Source: Malacoraja senta
Lineage: Eukaryota
NCBI GenBank assembly: GCA_038087875.1
Contig: CM075994.1
Coordinates: 10,418,001 to 10,482,000 of the forward strand
DNA: 64,000 nucleotides
Reading direction: 5' to 3'
The translations under genes and the position numbers were made by a program. Shown here one piece after another: positions 25,090-37,639 of the stretch (positions are counted from its first letter, which is position 1; every line of letters starts with the position of its first letter). The notes beneath the pieces were generated by a model that saw only the letters and a program-made list of their open reading frames with translations, had not been told where the DNA came from and did no database searches.

Positions 25090-25195
25090 CTCTGTTTCTC
25101 TACAAAGTTTGTCTTCAGATTCCTGTCTTCAGTCGCAGTTGATGCTTTTTTAAAATAAGCTGCTGCAAGTTGCTGGTACAACCAGCCACCAGCTC

Positions 25196-25588
25196 CTTAT
25201 ATACCTTGAGCGCCCCAGATGTGGGCGGCGCTGCGTTCGGCTCGACCAATGGGAGGAGGCGCCGGAGAGTCACCGCCAGAACGTTGGAGAACGTTCTGAA
25301 GCAAGTGACCAATCGCAGGGCGAGGGGGCGCCGCCAGGGGCGGGGATTGGCCGGGACCGCCGGCCAATGGGGTGAGACCCCTCGGCCCGCCAGCCAATGG
25401 CGGGGTTGGACACGCCCACTATTGGATCGACGGCGCTGGCGGCCAATGGGAGAGCGGGTCGGTGATGTCATCGGCCAATGCAGGAAGCTGCTGGGAGCGG
25501 CGGCTTTAGTTTGAGCGAGAAAGTTCTGCAAAGTTCGGGAAAGTGGCAGAAAGTTCCGGAATGTGGCCAGAAAGTGCTGGAAAGTTGT
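25196..25588 (-). promoter_or_regulatory. hsp70 copy 2 promoter (TATA, HSEs, CCAAT/GC; AP-1 site altered)
   Basis: TATA 25196-25203; HSE 25278-25297; distal HSE array 25518-25588; AGAGTCA at 25266-25272. Confidence 0.88.
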
Positions 25589-26020
25589 TGGGTGGTGGGG
25601 TGTAGGAATGTTACAAAATGTTAAGATTTTAAAAATCAAGCCTGTAATTTATCCCATCAGATAAAATATAAAATTTTAAAACTAAAAGTATAAAACTTTA
25701 ATTTGATACATGATTCACTTTAATATCTTCAGTATTAAAAAAGTTATGGTCATTTTCATGCTCGGAAATTAGCAGATTGTACCCATTGCTTTTCGATCAA
25801 CTTAACACAAAAGCTGTGATCGAGGACATTCAATTGACATAAAAGCCCATAACTTTCTTAACAAATAAGAAAACTGAATGACATTTTCAGTTATTATAGA
25901 TTGAAGCATTCTGAAACAAATATCAAGTGTGGCCAGAAAGTGCTGGAAAATTGTTGTGTGGGGGTGGGGATGGTGGGGAGAGATGGGGGGGGGGGGGGGT
26001 TGGGTAGGGATAGGGGTGGG

Positions 26021-26405
26021 GGGACCAGTAGGGCATCCCTTGTAGCCAGGGTCCGGAGGGCAAGTACTTTTTAGCCAGGGTGGCACTGACAGCAGTGATC
26101 TAGGATGTGGCCAGGGCCGAAGATGTAGGGCTGATCCTCGTCCTGGCCAGGCTGGACATCCTCGAGTCACGGCGCTAGGCGGAAGAGGGCTTTGCCCGAG
26201 CCTGATGCTTGCCCCTTTCCCGGGGTTACGGCCCCGCCCGGGTGGTGTTAGAGAAGCTGGTGTTATTTGTAACATAGTTGTTTGTAATTTAATGTCTGAA
26301 TAGTTTGGTGATTCTGTAATATGGTGGTGGGTGTGTCACCACGGTTTTTTGTTTTCTTTTGCATCATGTTGGAATTTAAATACATAATCTTTTTGATACA
26401 AAAAA
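26021..26405 (+). mobile_element. Tx1-like LINE 3' fragment (degenerate)
   Basis: Homologous to 32871-33304. Confidence 0.6.
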
Positions 26406-26486
26406 AAGGGGAACATCTAGGTTCTTCATCTCCAAAGGGGTTCAGTTAGCAGAGTCAGAGAAAATTGTGCCAACTTCACGAAGATT

Positions 26487-29183
26487 TTATTTATTTATTT
26501 ATTTATTTATTTATTCCGAACAAGTAAAGACATTAAAGACATTGATATTAACAAAATCGAAATTATCAAACAATTGAACATTGCAATCAACATTTACAAA
26601 TGAGAAGAACAAAATCAAGGTTCCAATGTCCAACTCTGAGTCTGTACAAGCTCGAAAAGGAGTGAGAAGAAGAATAACTTATTAAATCTCACCCCTTTTC
26701 CCCAACACTTCTATCATATTTAAAAATCAATTCCTTACTAATAATAATACTGCCCTAGGCAATTTCCCATAATACCTACAGACACATATATACATACAAC
26801 TATTATGTACATACAATCTTCATATTTGAAGTTCCCAAACATCAGTGAACAATAGTAAACAAGATAAACATCAACAATAGTAACAAGATAAACATCAACG
26901 ATTGTAAACAAGATAAACATCAACCCCCACTTGTCAACCATCCCCGCCATCCCTGTACCCCTTGAGCATTATTTTTTTATATATCATTTTAAAATGATTC
27001 ATGTTTGTGCATTGCTTCAATTCCCCGTTCAATTTATTCCACACTCCTACTCCACAAACCGAAATACAAAAGGTTTTTCTAGTCGTACGGACTTTTTGTT
27101 TCTTAAAGTTAAATATTCCTCTTAAATTGTAACCCCCCACACGCTCGTTAAATAATTTTTGAATGTTTCCAGGTAAATTTTTATTTTTGGCCCTAAACAT
27201 TATCTGAGCTGTTTTGAATGTGACCAAATCTTCTAATTTTAATAATTTTGACTCTAAAAATAATGGATTCGTATGACCCAGATACTTAGCATTATGGATA
27301 ATACGAATTGCTCTTTTTTGCATCATGGTTAATGAGTGTATCGAATTTTTATAATTATTGCCCCAGACTTCTGTACAATAATTTAAGTAGGGTAAAATTA
27401 ATGAACAATAAAGAATACGGAGTGATTTGTAATCCAGAGCTTGCTTGGCTTTGTATAATACAGAGATACTTTTTGATAATTTTAATTTTACATGTTTAAT
27501 ATGTGATTTCCAGCTTATTTTATCGTCAATTATAACCCCAAGAAATTTATTTTCATGCACTCTTTCAACTTCCACCCCATTTATCTTTATACTTACTAGT
27601 GTACTTATTCTACAATTACCAAATAACATTATTTTAGTTTTACTCAGATTTAATGAAATTTTATTACTATCAAACCATATTTTCAATTTACCCATTTCTT
27701 TTATTATTTTATCCAATAGCTTTTTAAAATTTTCCCCAGAACAAAAAATATTTGTATCATCTGCAAACAAAACCAGCCTCAAGACATTGGACACATTACA
27801 AATATCATTTATGTACATGATAAATAATTTTGGGCCCAGCACTGACCCCTGTGGTACACCACACACAATGTCCAAGCATGTAGAATTATGACTACCCAGA
27901 TTTACAAACTGTTGCCTGTTACTTAAGTAGCTTTTAATCCAGTCCAGTACTATTCCTCTAATTCCATACCTCTCCAATTTTTTAAATAAAATATCATGAT
28001 TAATTGTATCAAATGCTTTTTTTATGTCAATGAATATCCCAGCTGCATATAATTTCTTATCAATGGCGTTTGTGATGTCTTCAATTAATTCTAGTATTGC
28101 AAGTGATGTTGATCTATTTGTTCTGAATCCATATGGACTCTCTGTTAATAATTTATTATTTTCTACAAATTTGTCTAGTCTATTATTAAACATTTTTTAT
28201 AATATTTTGGAAAATTGTGGGAGTAAGGAAACAGGTCTATAGTTTGTAAAATGATGCTTGTTCCCTGTTTTGTATATTGGTATTATTTTTGCTATTTTCA
28301 TTTGAATTGGAAAAGTACCGGTCTGGAAGGATAAATTACAGATGAATGTTAAAGGTTTGGAGATCCCCTCAATGACCATCTTAACCAGCGACATGTCAAT
28401 GTCATTGAAATCGGTAGACTTTTTATTTTTACATGTTTTGACAATATCCAACAGTTCTTTTTCTTCTACTGCCATAAGAAACATAGAGCAGGGATTTCTT
28501 TCCACTAAATTCTCAGGAGTTTCTCCAGATGTCCCTGAATCAGGGATTTGTTTAGCCAGGTCTGGTCCAATATTTACAAAAAAATTATTAAAGCTATTAG
28601 CTATATCTTCCATATTGTAAATTTCCTTATCCTTATCAATAAAATACTTCGGGTAATTTGTTCTCCCCGGACCATTTCTGATAATGCTATTAAGTATGCT
28701 CCATATTCTTTTTATATTGTCTTTATTGTCATCTAATTTCTTCTTATAATAATCTTTCTTGCTTTCTCTTATGATGTAAGTTAATTTATTTTTATACTTT
28801 TTATATTTATTTTCTGTATCTTTAGTTCTCTCTCTTATAAAATCTCTGTATAGGCCTTTTTTTTTTTTACAAGCATTTTGTAATCCCTTTGTAGGACATT
28901 TAGTGGACATTTAGTATATTTAAATGGACATTTAGTATATTTTGATTTTCTATTATATTCTTTAATTGGACAATTTTTATCATATAATAACTTAAACATA
29001 TCAATAAATGTTTCATAAGCACTATCAATGTCTCTTTTTTGGTGTATTATATCCCAGTTTTGTGCCAATAGATCCTGTTTTAGTGCATTGATAGCTTCCT
29101 CCGATCTCACTCGTCTATATTCTATTAATCAGCTTGGTTTGTTGTTCCTGTGGACACCATCATAAACTACAAAAACTGGCACA
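26487..29183 (-). mobile_element. AT-rich LINE of the L2/CR1 group (Daphne/Crack-like), 5'-truncated, frameshifted ORF2
   Basis: TNYRPVSLLPQFSKIL, YGFRTNRSTSLA, IDIKKAFDTINH, GVPQGSVLGPKLF, LFADDTNIF; (TAAA)n tail 26487-26514. Empty site at 15463-15487. Confidence 0.85.
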
Positions 29184-30245
29184 TTTGATGACACATTTTA
29201 AGCATGTGACCTTTGTCAGCCATAAAACTAAGTGTTAAGGAATTTATTATAGGTAGTCAGTTCCAAATATGTTTAGCAAATGAGTTCAAGTGATAAAACA
29301 GAAGGGCTGGTGGGTAAATAGTACTTGTAGGCTTGCTCAATAGGCACAGCTGCACATGTGCAATTAGTTTAATAGTACTGTGAGGTATATAGGAAAGCAG
29401 TGTACTCAATTGACACGTTCCCTTCAAAGTAATGATTACAACAGCAAGCAAGAAACAGGAAAAACAAGGAACTACAGAAGGTTTCCCAAGGTTTCCATCT
29501 ATTTCTCCCACTGTCGTGTCCCTCTCCCCTCATCTGACACCTTCTAATCTCATTTGCATCCCTGGGCTTTGTCACTTACTCTTGTGCAGCTGTCAATCAC
29601 CACCTCCCCCCATCCCTTCCCTGCAACCACCTATCACTTAAGATAGACACAAAGAGCTGGTGACACTCGGCGGGTCAGGCAGCATCTCTGGAGAAAAATG
29701 ATGGGCGACGTTTCGGGTCGGGACCCATCTTCAAACAGGGGTGACATTTTGGGTGTAGACCCTCCCTCAGACTGACACCCCGAGTTACTCCAGTATTTTT
29801 GTCTCTATCTTCAGAATATACCAGCATCTGCAGTTCCTTTCAACACCACCGGCTCGAAGGGCTGAATGGCCTACTCCTGTACTTATTGTCTACTATCACT
29901 TGCCTTGCTTTACCTGCATACGAGGGGGATAATCTATAGCAGCCAATCCATAGAAGCCACTTGTCCATGGGATTATGGAGGGAATCCCACGCAGTTACAA
30001 GGTGAATTACAGACTCCACTCAAGGTTACAAGTTAATCCAGATCACAGGAACCTTCATGCAGCTGCTCTCTAAGTTGATCAGACTGACCTCCCCACCATG
30101 GAAGGGATCTATAGGAAGCACTGCCTCAAAAAGGCAGCTGATATCATCAAAGACACTCATTTCACTTCCACAATCAGGAAGAAGGTGGAGCAATCTGAAA
30201 ACCACCACCAGCAGGTTCAAGAACAGCTTCATCCCAAATAAACAT

Positions 30246-30755
30246 CAGGTTCATAAGGTCAGTAGGAACAGGAGTTGAATTAGACCATTCGGCCCATCAA
30301 GTCTACTCCGCCATTTAGTCATGGCTGATCTATCTCTCCTTCCTAACCCCACTCTCCTGCCTTTTCCCCATAACCTCTGACACCTGTATTAATCAAGAAT
30401 CTATCTATCTCTGCCTTAAAAATATCCACTGACTTGACCTCCACGGCCTTCTATGGCAGAAGAATTCCACAGATTCACCACCCTCAATAAATTTCTCCTC
30501 ATCTCTTTCCTAGAAAAACGTCCTTTAATTCTGAGGCTATGACCTCTAGTCCGAGACTTTCCCACTAGTGGAAACAGCCTCTCCATATCCACTCTATCCA
30601 AGCCTTTCACAATTCTGTATGTTTCAATTAGATCCCCTCTCATTCTTCTAAACTTCAGCGAGTACAGGCCCAGTTCTGACAAACGCTCATCATAGGTTAA
30701 CCTACTTGTTCCTGGAATCAATTTTGTAAACCTCCTCTGGACCCTCTCCAGAGCC
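30246..30755 (-). mobile_element. Older CR1 3' fragment (backbone module)
   Basis: ALERVQRRFTKLIPG, RMRGDLIETY, RTRGHS; homolog at 35071-35575. Confidence 0.85.
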
Positions 30756-30785
30756 AGGTTCTCGAACACTGCAAAATATTTTTGT

Positions 30786-31020
30786 GGGTGGCACGGTGGT
30801 ATAGTTGATGCCTTCCAGCTGGAGTCCCAGGTTCAATCTTCACAACGGGTGCTGTCTGTATCAAGTTTGCATGTTCTCCCTGCGACTGTGGGTTTTTTCT
30901 GGGTGCTCCGGTTTCCTCCCACATTGCAAAGATGTGCATGTTTTTCCCTAGTGTGTAGGATAGAACTAGTGAATGGGGGTGTTTTCTGGCCAGCGCACAC
31001 GCCTGTTTCCCCGCTGTATC
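30786..31020 (+). mobile_element. tRNA-derived V-SINE (HE1-like)
   Basis: tRNA-like head with B-box-like ccaggttcaatc and V-domain GGGTGCTCCGGTTTCCTCCCACA. Confidence 0.7.
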
Positions 31021-31036
31021 TTTAAACTAAAACTTA

Positions 31037-31700
31037 TCTGTGATAGATGTCAATTTCAAGAAGCCAATTTAACGCATACCTTTGTAACTTGTATAAAAAT
31101 TCAATATTTCTGGGTGGACCTTTTAAAATTATTTCTGAAGTTATCAATACCCAACTGGACCCGGAGCCAAAATTAATAATATTAGGATTCTCAGAACATA
31201 CTATGACAAATCAGAGACAATTTCTTGATTACAGTCTAATAACTGCGAAAAAATTAATACTAAAATTTTGAAAAGACCAGCAGCCCGCACAATTAAAATG
31301 TGGGTTAAGGAAATGACGGAGAGCTTGCATTTGGAAAAAATAAGACTTGGGTTACTTGACAAACCAAATCTTTTTTGTTAGAATATGGTCTCCATTTATT
31401 GAATATTTGAAAAGGTAAATTGGTTTAACACAGAATCAGGGTTGAAACCTGAGTTTGGGATTGGATGAATAGTTACACTCAACATTTCCCGGATCGATCT
31501 CCATAATCTTGTCATTGGTAGTTTCTCTCTGCGTTTCCCTTTTTCTCTCTTCTTCTCTGTCTCTATTACTTTCTCTCACCTTTTTCTCCCTTTATCTTAA
31601 TTATATTTAAAAAAACTGAAGCTATGTAAGAAATTGGTAATTAAATTGTCACTTACTATTATTTGTATACATGCTTCTAATAAAAATATATTAAAAAAAT
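31037..31700 (+). mobile_element. L1-clade LINE 3' fragment with 12-bp TSD
   Basis: ICDRCQFQEANLTHTFVTC zinc knuckle; AATAAA + A-rich tail; TSD aactaaaactta 31025-31036 / 31701-31712. Confidence 0.8.
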
Positions 31701-32109
31701 AACTAAAACTTAGAATTAACTAAACTATGAACTGTCTATGGTTGAACAAAGACATTTGGACATTTCTGCACTAGTATATTTTTTCTTTTTGGGGTTGTTA
31801 TCTATTGTTTTTTTAAATTATGTTATCTATGAGTATTGTGCTTACAGGGCTGTTATGCTGCTGTTGGTAAGAATGTCATCTTGACTCTTGTGACAAGACA
31901 TTTGATATGACTATTAATCCACCATGCCATATATAGGTAGTTCGGCTAAAATGCAATAGTTGTGTTCTTAAGAAGCCTCAAGCTATGGGGAAAAATGCTT
32001 TATAAAAACAATCATGTCAATGGGGATTAAGGAGTTAGGGGTGAGGGAGATTTTGGGTTTGAATAATAAAGATTTTTGCCTATCTTCAGGATTTTGGACA
32101 AAAGGTAGT

Positions 32110-32430
32110 TTAATAGCTGCAAGTTTTTTGTGTCTAATTATGGTATACTCTGCCTTAACCCAATTTTAGTGCCTCCTCCCCAAGGTCCAGACTTATCCTT
32201 AATCATAAACATCTTAAAATTTAGGCAATTGTGATCACTGCGTCTAAAACACTCTGACACTGAAACATTAGCCATCTGGCCAGGCCCACTTCCCTGCGCA
32301 AGGCTCAGTATGGTCGCTCCTCGAGTTGGACTATCCCCATACTGACTTTACTAAATACAATTTTGCCCCATCAAGCCCTTTTGCTCCAAGTCCCAGTCAA
32401 TATTGCTGAAGTTAAAGTTGCCCGTGACAA
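32110..32430 (-). mobile_element. Ancient CR1 endonuclease fragment (present in every backbone module)
   Basis: Minus strand gives VIVTGNFNFSNIDWD, DSPTRGATILSL, GPGQ, RSDHNCLNFK. Confidence 0.7.
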
Positions 32431-32870
32431 TAACCATGAGATCAGATCATGGTCCCCAAGAACTGGTTGTTTTAACAAAATCTGGGTCAAAATGTTGAAA
32501 TGGTCTTGGTTCAAGATAGTCATCACAATGGGCCAGGCATACCTGTGCCGATAACCAGAATATTCAGCTTTACGAGAGCTGACATTGGATTGCATTAGAA
32601 TTGTAGCAAAGAGTTTTCATACCATTGTTCCCCACGGAATTAACAAACTCAAATTCTAATGTTGATAGCCAGAGGCTGCAAATCGGCCGCTGGGGGAGAA
32701 TAGAGATGGAGGGGGTGGGGGGTGTGTGGTGGTAGTGGGGGTGGGGTTGAGCGTGGGCGGGTGGGTGATGGTGGTGTTGGTGTGGGTGGTGGGGTGGGTT
32801 TTTTTTGGGGGGGGGGATGTCGAAGACTCCCCGACACACTGGTGGGAAGCAACCAAGGGGAACATCGAGG

Positions 32871-33304
32871 GGCCAGAAGAGCGTCCCTTGTAGCCAGGGT
32901 CCGGAAGGCAAGGTGCACCACCACTCCACCTAGGGTCCGTAGGGAGAGAAGTGGCACTGTTGTCAGTGACCGAAGGACTGGTGACGGGATCTAGGAAGTG
33001 GGCAGGAACGAAGATGCCCTGGTTGGGTTGATCCTCGGCATGGCCAAGATGGCCATCTGCAAGTCATGGCGCCAGGCGGAAGAGGGATTTGCCCGAGCCT
33101 GATGCTTGTCGCTTTCGCGAGGTTACGTCCGCGCCCGGGTGGTGTTGGTGAGGGCGATGTTATTTGTAACACAGTTGTTTGTAATTTAATGTCTGAATAG
33201 TTTGGTGATTCTGTAATATGGTGGTGGGTGTGTCACCACGGTTTTGTGTATTTTTGTTTTGTATTATGTTGGAATTTAAATAAATAATTTTTAAAATACA
33301 AAAT
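32871..33304 (+). mobile_element. Tx1-like LINE 3' fragment with ~15-16 bp TSD
   Basis: EDALVGLILGMAKMAICKS..RGYVRARVVL; AATAAA/A-rich end; flanks aaggggaacatcgagg (32855-32870) / aagggaacatctag (33305-33318). Confidence 0.7.
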
Positions 33305-33651
33305 AAGGGAACATCTAGTTTCTTCATCTCCAAAGGGGTTCTGAGAGCAGAGTCAGAGAGAATTGTACCAACTTCACCAAGAATGGTGACACATTCCAGA
33401 CTGACACATTTTAAGCATGTGACCTTTGTCAGCCATAAAACTAAGTGTTAAGGAGTTTATTATAGGTAGAGTCAGTTCCAAATATGTTTAGCAAATGAGT
33501 TCAAGTGATAGAACAGAAGGGCTGTGGTGGGTAAATAGTACTTGTAGGCGTGCTCAATAGGCACAGCTGTACACGTGCAATTAGTTTAATAGTACTGTGA
33601 GCTATATAGGAAAGCAGTGTACTCAATTGACATGTTTCCTTCAAAGTAATG

Positions 33652-34257
33652 ATTTCATCTCCTCCCGCCTATATTACTGCAACTCCCTTTACACTGGCAT
33701 CAGCCAATCTTCCCTGTCCCGCCTGCAACTGGTCCAAAACGCCGCAGCGAGACTCCTGACGGGCACCCGAATAAGGGACCACATCAACCCGATCCTGGCC
33801 TCTCTTCACTGGCTCCCTGTGCGGTTCCGTATAAACTTCAAGATCCTCCTCCATGTCTACAAAGCCGTCAATGGGCTTGCCCCCGCCTACATAAAAAGTC
33901 TTCTCACCCACCACTCCACCTCCAGGCCCCTCAGATCGGCCGACTTGGGGTTGCTGAATATCCCACGGTCTAGGCATAAGCTCAGGGGCGACCGCGCCTT
34001 TGCGGTTGCAGCCCCTAGACTGTGGAACAGCATCCCCTTTCCCATCAGAACTGCCCCATCCATCGACTCTTTTAAGTCAACATTAAAGACTTATCTATAC
34101 TCCCAAGCCTTTCCTGACGTCCTCTGAGTGAGGGCTACATGTATATATGTATGTAGTTTGTGTTGTTTGTGCTATTCTTATAACAAATGTAAAGCACTTT
34201 GGCCAACGAGAGTTGTTTTTTAAATGTGCTATATAAATAAATGTGACTTGACTTGAC
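33652..34257 (+). mobile_element. L2 LINE 3' fragment
   Basis: ISSRLYYCNSLYTG, RLQLVQNAAARLLT, LASLHWLPVRFRINFKIL, GDRAFAVAAPRLWNS; (GACTT)n tail; absent from other modules. Confidence 0.9.
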
Positions 34258-35070
34258 TACTATAGCAAGCAAGGAACAGAAAAAACAAGGAACTACAGAA
34301 GGTTTCCCAAGATTTCCATCCATTTCTCCCACTGTCGTGTCCCTCTCACCTCATCTGACACCTTTTAATCTCCTTTGCATTCCTGGGCTTTGTCACTTAC
34401 TCTCGTGCAGCTGTCAATCACCACCTCCCCCCATCCCTTCCCTGCAACCACCTATCACTTAAGATAGAGACAAAGTGCTGTAGGAACTCAACGGGTCACT
34501 CAGCATCTTTGGAGGAAAATGATAGGCGAAGTTTTGGGTCGGGACCCATCTTCAAACAGGGGTGACATTTCGGGTGGGGACCCTCCCTCAGACTGACCCC
34601 CTGAGTTACTCCAGTATTTTTGTCTCTATCTTCAGAATATACCAGCATCTGCAGGTCCTTTCGACACCACCGGCTCAAAGGGCTGAATGGCCTACTCCTG
34701 TACCTATTGTCTATTATCACTTGCCCTGCTTCACCTGCATACAAGGGGGATAATCTATAGTACCCAATCCATAGAAGCCACTTGTCCATGGGATTATGGA
34801 GGGAAACCCATGCAGTTACAAGGTGAATTACAGACTCCACCCGAGGTTACAAGTTAATCCAGATCACTGGAACCTTCGTGCAGCTCCTTTCTAAGTTGAT
34901 CAGACTGACCTCCCCACCATTGAAGGGATCTATAGGAAGCACTGCATCAAAAAGGCAGCAAACATCATCAAAGACACGCTCTCATTTCACTTCCACAATC
35001 AGGAAGAAGGTGTAACAATCTGAAAACCACCACCAGCAGGTTCAAGAATAGCTTCATCCCAAATAAACAT

Positions 35071-35575
35071 CAGGTTCATAAGGTAAGTAGAAACAGGAGT
35101 TGGATTAGGCCATTCGGCCGACAAGTCTATTCCACCATTCAGTCAAGGCTGATCTATCTCTCCCTCCTAACCCCACTCTCCTGCCTTCTCCCCATAAACT
35201 CTTACACCTGTATTAATCAAGAATCTATCTATCTCTGCCTTAAAAGTATCAATTGACTTGACCTCCACAGCCTTCAGTGGAAGAGGAATTGCACAGATTC
35301 ACCACCCTCTAACTCAATAAATTTCTCCTCATCTCCTTCCTAAAAGAATGTCCTTTAGTTCTGAGGCTATGACCTCTAGTCCTAAACTCTCCCACTAGAG
35401 GAAACTGCCTCTCCACATCCACTCTATCCAAGCCTTTCACAATTCTGTATGTTTCAATTAGATCCCCTCTCATTCTTCTAGACTTCAGTGAGTACAGGCC
35501 CAGTGCTGACAAACGCTCATCATAGTTCCTGGAATCAATCTTGTAAACCTCATCGGGACCCTCTCCAGAGCCAGG
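35071..35575 (-). mobile_element. Older CR1 3' fragment (module copy)
   Basis: Homologous to 30246-30755. Confidence 0.8.
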
Positions 35576-35600
35576 TTCTCGAACACTGCAAAATATTTTG

Positions 35601-36470
35601 TGGGTGGCGCGGTGCTAGAGTTGATGCCTTCCAGCTGGAGTCCCAGGTTCAATCCTCACTACGGGTGCTGTCTGTATCATAGATACATAGAAAATAGGTG
35701 CAGGAGTAGGCCATTCGGCCCTTCGAGCCTGCACCGCCATTCAATATGATCATGGCTGATCATCCAACTCAGTATCCCGTACCTGCCTTCTCTCCATACC
35801 CTCTGATCCCTTTAGCCACAAGGGCCACATCTAACTCCCTCTTAAATATAGCCAATGAACTGGCCTCAACTACCCTCTGTGGCAGAGAGTTCCAGAGATT
35901 AACCACTCTCTGTGTGAAAACGTTTTTCCTCATCTCGGTCTTAAAGGATTTCCCCCTTATCCTTAAGCTGTGACCCCTTGTCCTGGACTTCCCCAACATC
36001 GGGAACAATCTTCCTGCATCTAGCCTGTCCAACCCCATAAGAATTTTGTACGTTTCTATAAGATGCCCTCTCAATCTCCTAAATTCTAGCGAGTATAAGC
36101 CAAGTCTATCCAGTCTTTCTTCATATGAAAGTCCTGACATCCCAGGAATCAGTCTGGTGAACCTTCTCTGCACTCCCTCTATGGCTATAATGTCCTTCCT
36201 CAGATTTGGAGACCAAAACTGTACGCAATACTCCAGGTGTGGTCTCACCAAAACCCTGTACAACTGCAGTAGAACCTCCCTGCTCCTATACTCAAATCCT
36301 TTTGCTATCAAGTTTAGACGTTCTCCCTGTGACTGTGGGATTTTTCTGGGTGCTCCGGTTTCCTTCCACATTGCAAAGATGTGCATGTTTGTCCCTAGTG
36401 TGTAGGATAGAACTAGTGAATGGGGGTGTTTGCTGGTCAGCGCGCACGCCTGTTTTCCCGCTGTATCATT
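35601..36470 (+). mobile_element. HE1-like V-SINE interrupted by a CR1
   Basis: Homologous to 30786-31020, split at 35679/36306. Confidence 0.7.
35680..36308 (-). mobile_element. Young CR1 3' fragment nested in the SINE
   Basis: Open ORF2 C-terminus to GYGEKAGTGY; flanked by tatca (35675-35679 / 36306-36310). Confidence 0.9.
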
Positions 36471-37639
36471 AAGCTAAAACGTAAAATTAACTAAACTATG
36501 AACTGTCTATGGTTGAACAAAGAACTTTGGACATTTCTACACTGTTTTTTTTTTCTTTTTGGTGTTGTTATTTATTGTTTTTTTATATTTTGTTATCTAT
36601 GAGTATTGTGCTTACAGGCCTGTTATGCTGCTGTTGGTAAGAATGTCATCTTGACTCTTGTGACCAGATATTTGACATGACTATTGATCCACCATACCAT
36701 ATATAAGTAGTTTGGCTAAAACGCAATAGTTGTGTTCTTAAAAAGCCTCAAGCTATAGGAAAAATGCTTAATAAAAACAATCATGTCAATGGGGATTAAG
36801 GAGTGAGGGGTGAGGGATTTTTTGGGTTTGAATAACAAAGTTTTTTCCTCCACATTCAAGATTTTCAACAAAAGGTAGTTTAATAGCTGCACGATTTTTG
36901 TGTCTAATTATGGTAAACTCTGCCTTAACCCAATTTTAGTGCCTCCTCCCCAAGGTCCAGAATTATCCTTATTCATAAACATCTTAAAATTTAAGCAATT
37001 GTGATCACTGCGTCTAAAACACACCAACACTGAAACACTAGTCATCTGTCCAGGCCCACTTCCCTGCGCAAGGCTCAGTATGGTCACTCTTGGAGTTGGA
37101 CTATCCCCATACTGACTTTACTAAATACAATTTTGCCCCATCAAGCTCTTTTGCTCCAAGTCCCAGTCAATATTGCTGAAGTTAAAGTAGCCCACGACAA
37201 TAACCATGAGATCAGATCAGGGTCCCCAAGAACTGGTTGTTTTAACAAAATCTGGGTGAAAAGGTTGAAATGGTCTTGGTTCAAGAGAGTCATCACAATG
37301 GGCCAGGCATACCTGTGCTGATAGGCAGAATATTCAGCTTACGAGAGCCGACATTGGTTTGCTTTAGAATTGTAGCAAAGAGTTTTCATACCATTGTTCC
37401 CCACGGAATTAACAAACTCAAATTCTAATGTTGACAGCCAGAGGCTGCAAATCGGCCGCTGGGAGAATAGAGATGGAGGGGGCGGGTTGTGTGTGCTGGT
37501 AGTGGGGGTGGGGTTGGGCGAGGGCAGGTGGGTGATGGTGGTGTTGGTGTGGGTGGTGGTGCTGGGGGGGTTTGGGGGCGGGGGGTTGTCGAAGACTCCC
37601 CGACACACTGGTGGGTAGCAACCAAGGGGAACATCTAGG

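Larger units (their letters stand above)
7703..25150. repeat. Tandem segmental duplication, offset ~10.87 kb (7703-~14270 repeated at 18577-~25150)
   Basis: Collinear near-identical sequence and ORF pairs (8068/18942, 9554/20427, 10633/21509, 12287/23167). Confidence 0.95.

Noticed and set aside
26840..26925. Short tandem repeat gtaaacaagataaacatcaac-like (~3 units)
   Set aside because: Lies in the LINE 3'UTR; no unique spacers, not CRISPR-like.
30786..30860. tRNA-like A/B boxes (also 35601, 62331)
   Set aside because: SINE heads rather than tRNA genes; no full cloverleaf and followed by the V-domain.
32371..33172. Recurrent Pro/His-rich minus-strand ORFs superficially like a viral envelope or surface protein
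   Set aside because: Explained by the G-rich tract, an antisense Tx1 fragment and an off-frame CR1 endonuclease remnant; indels differ between copies.
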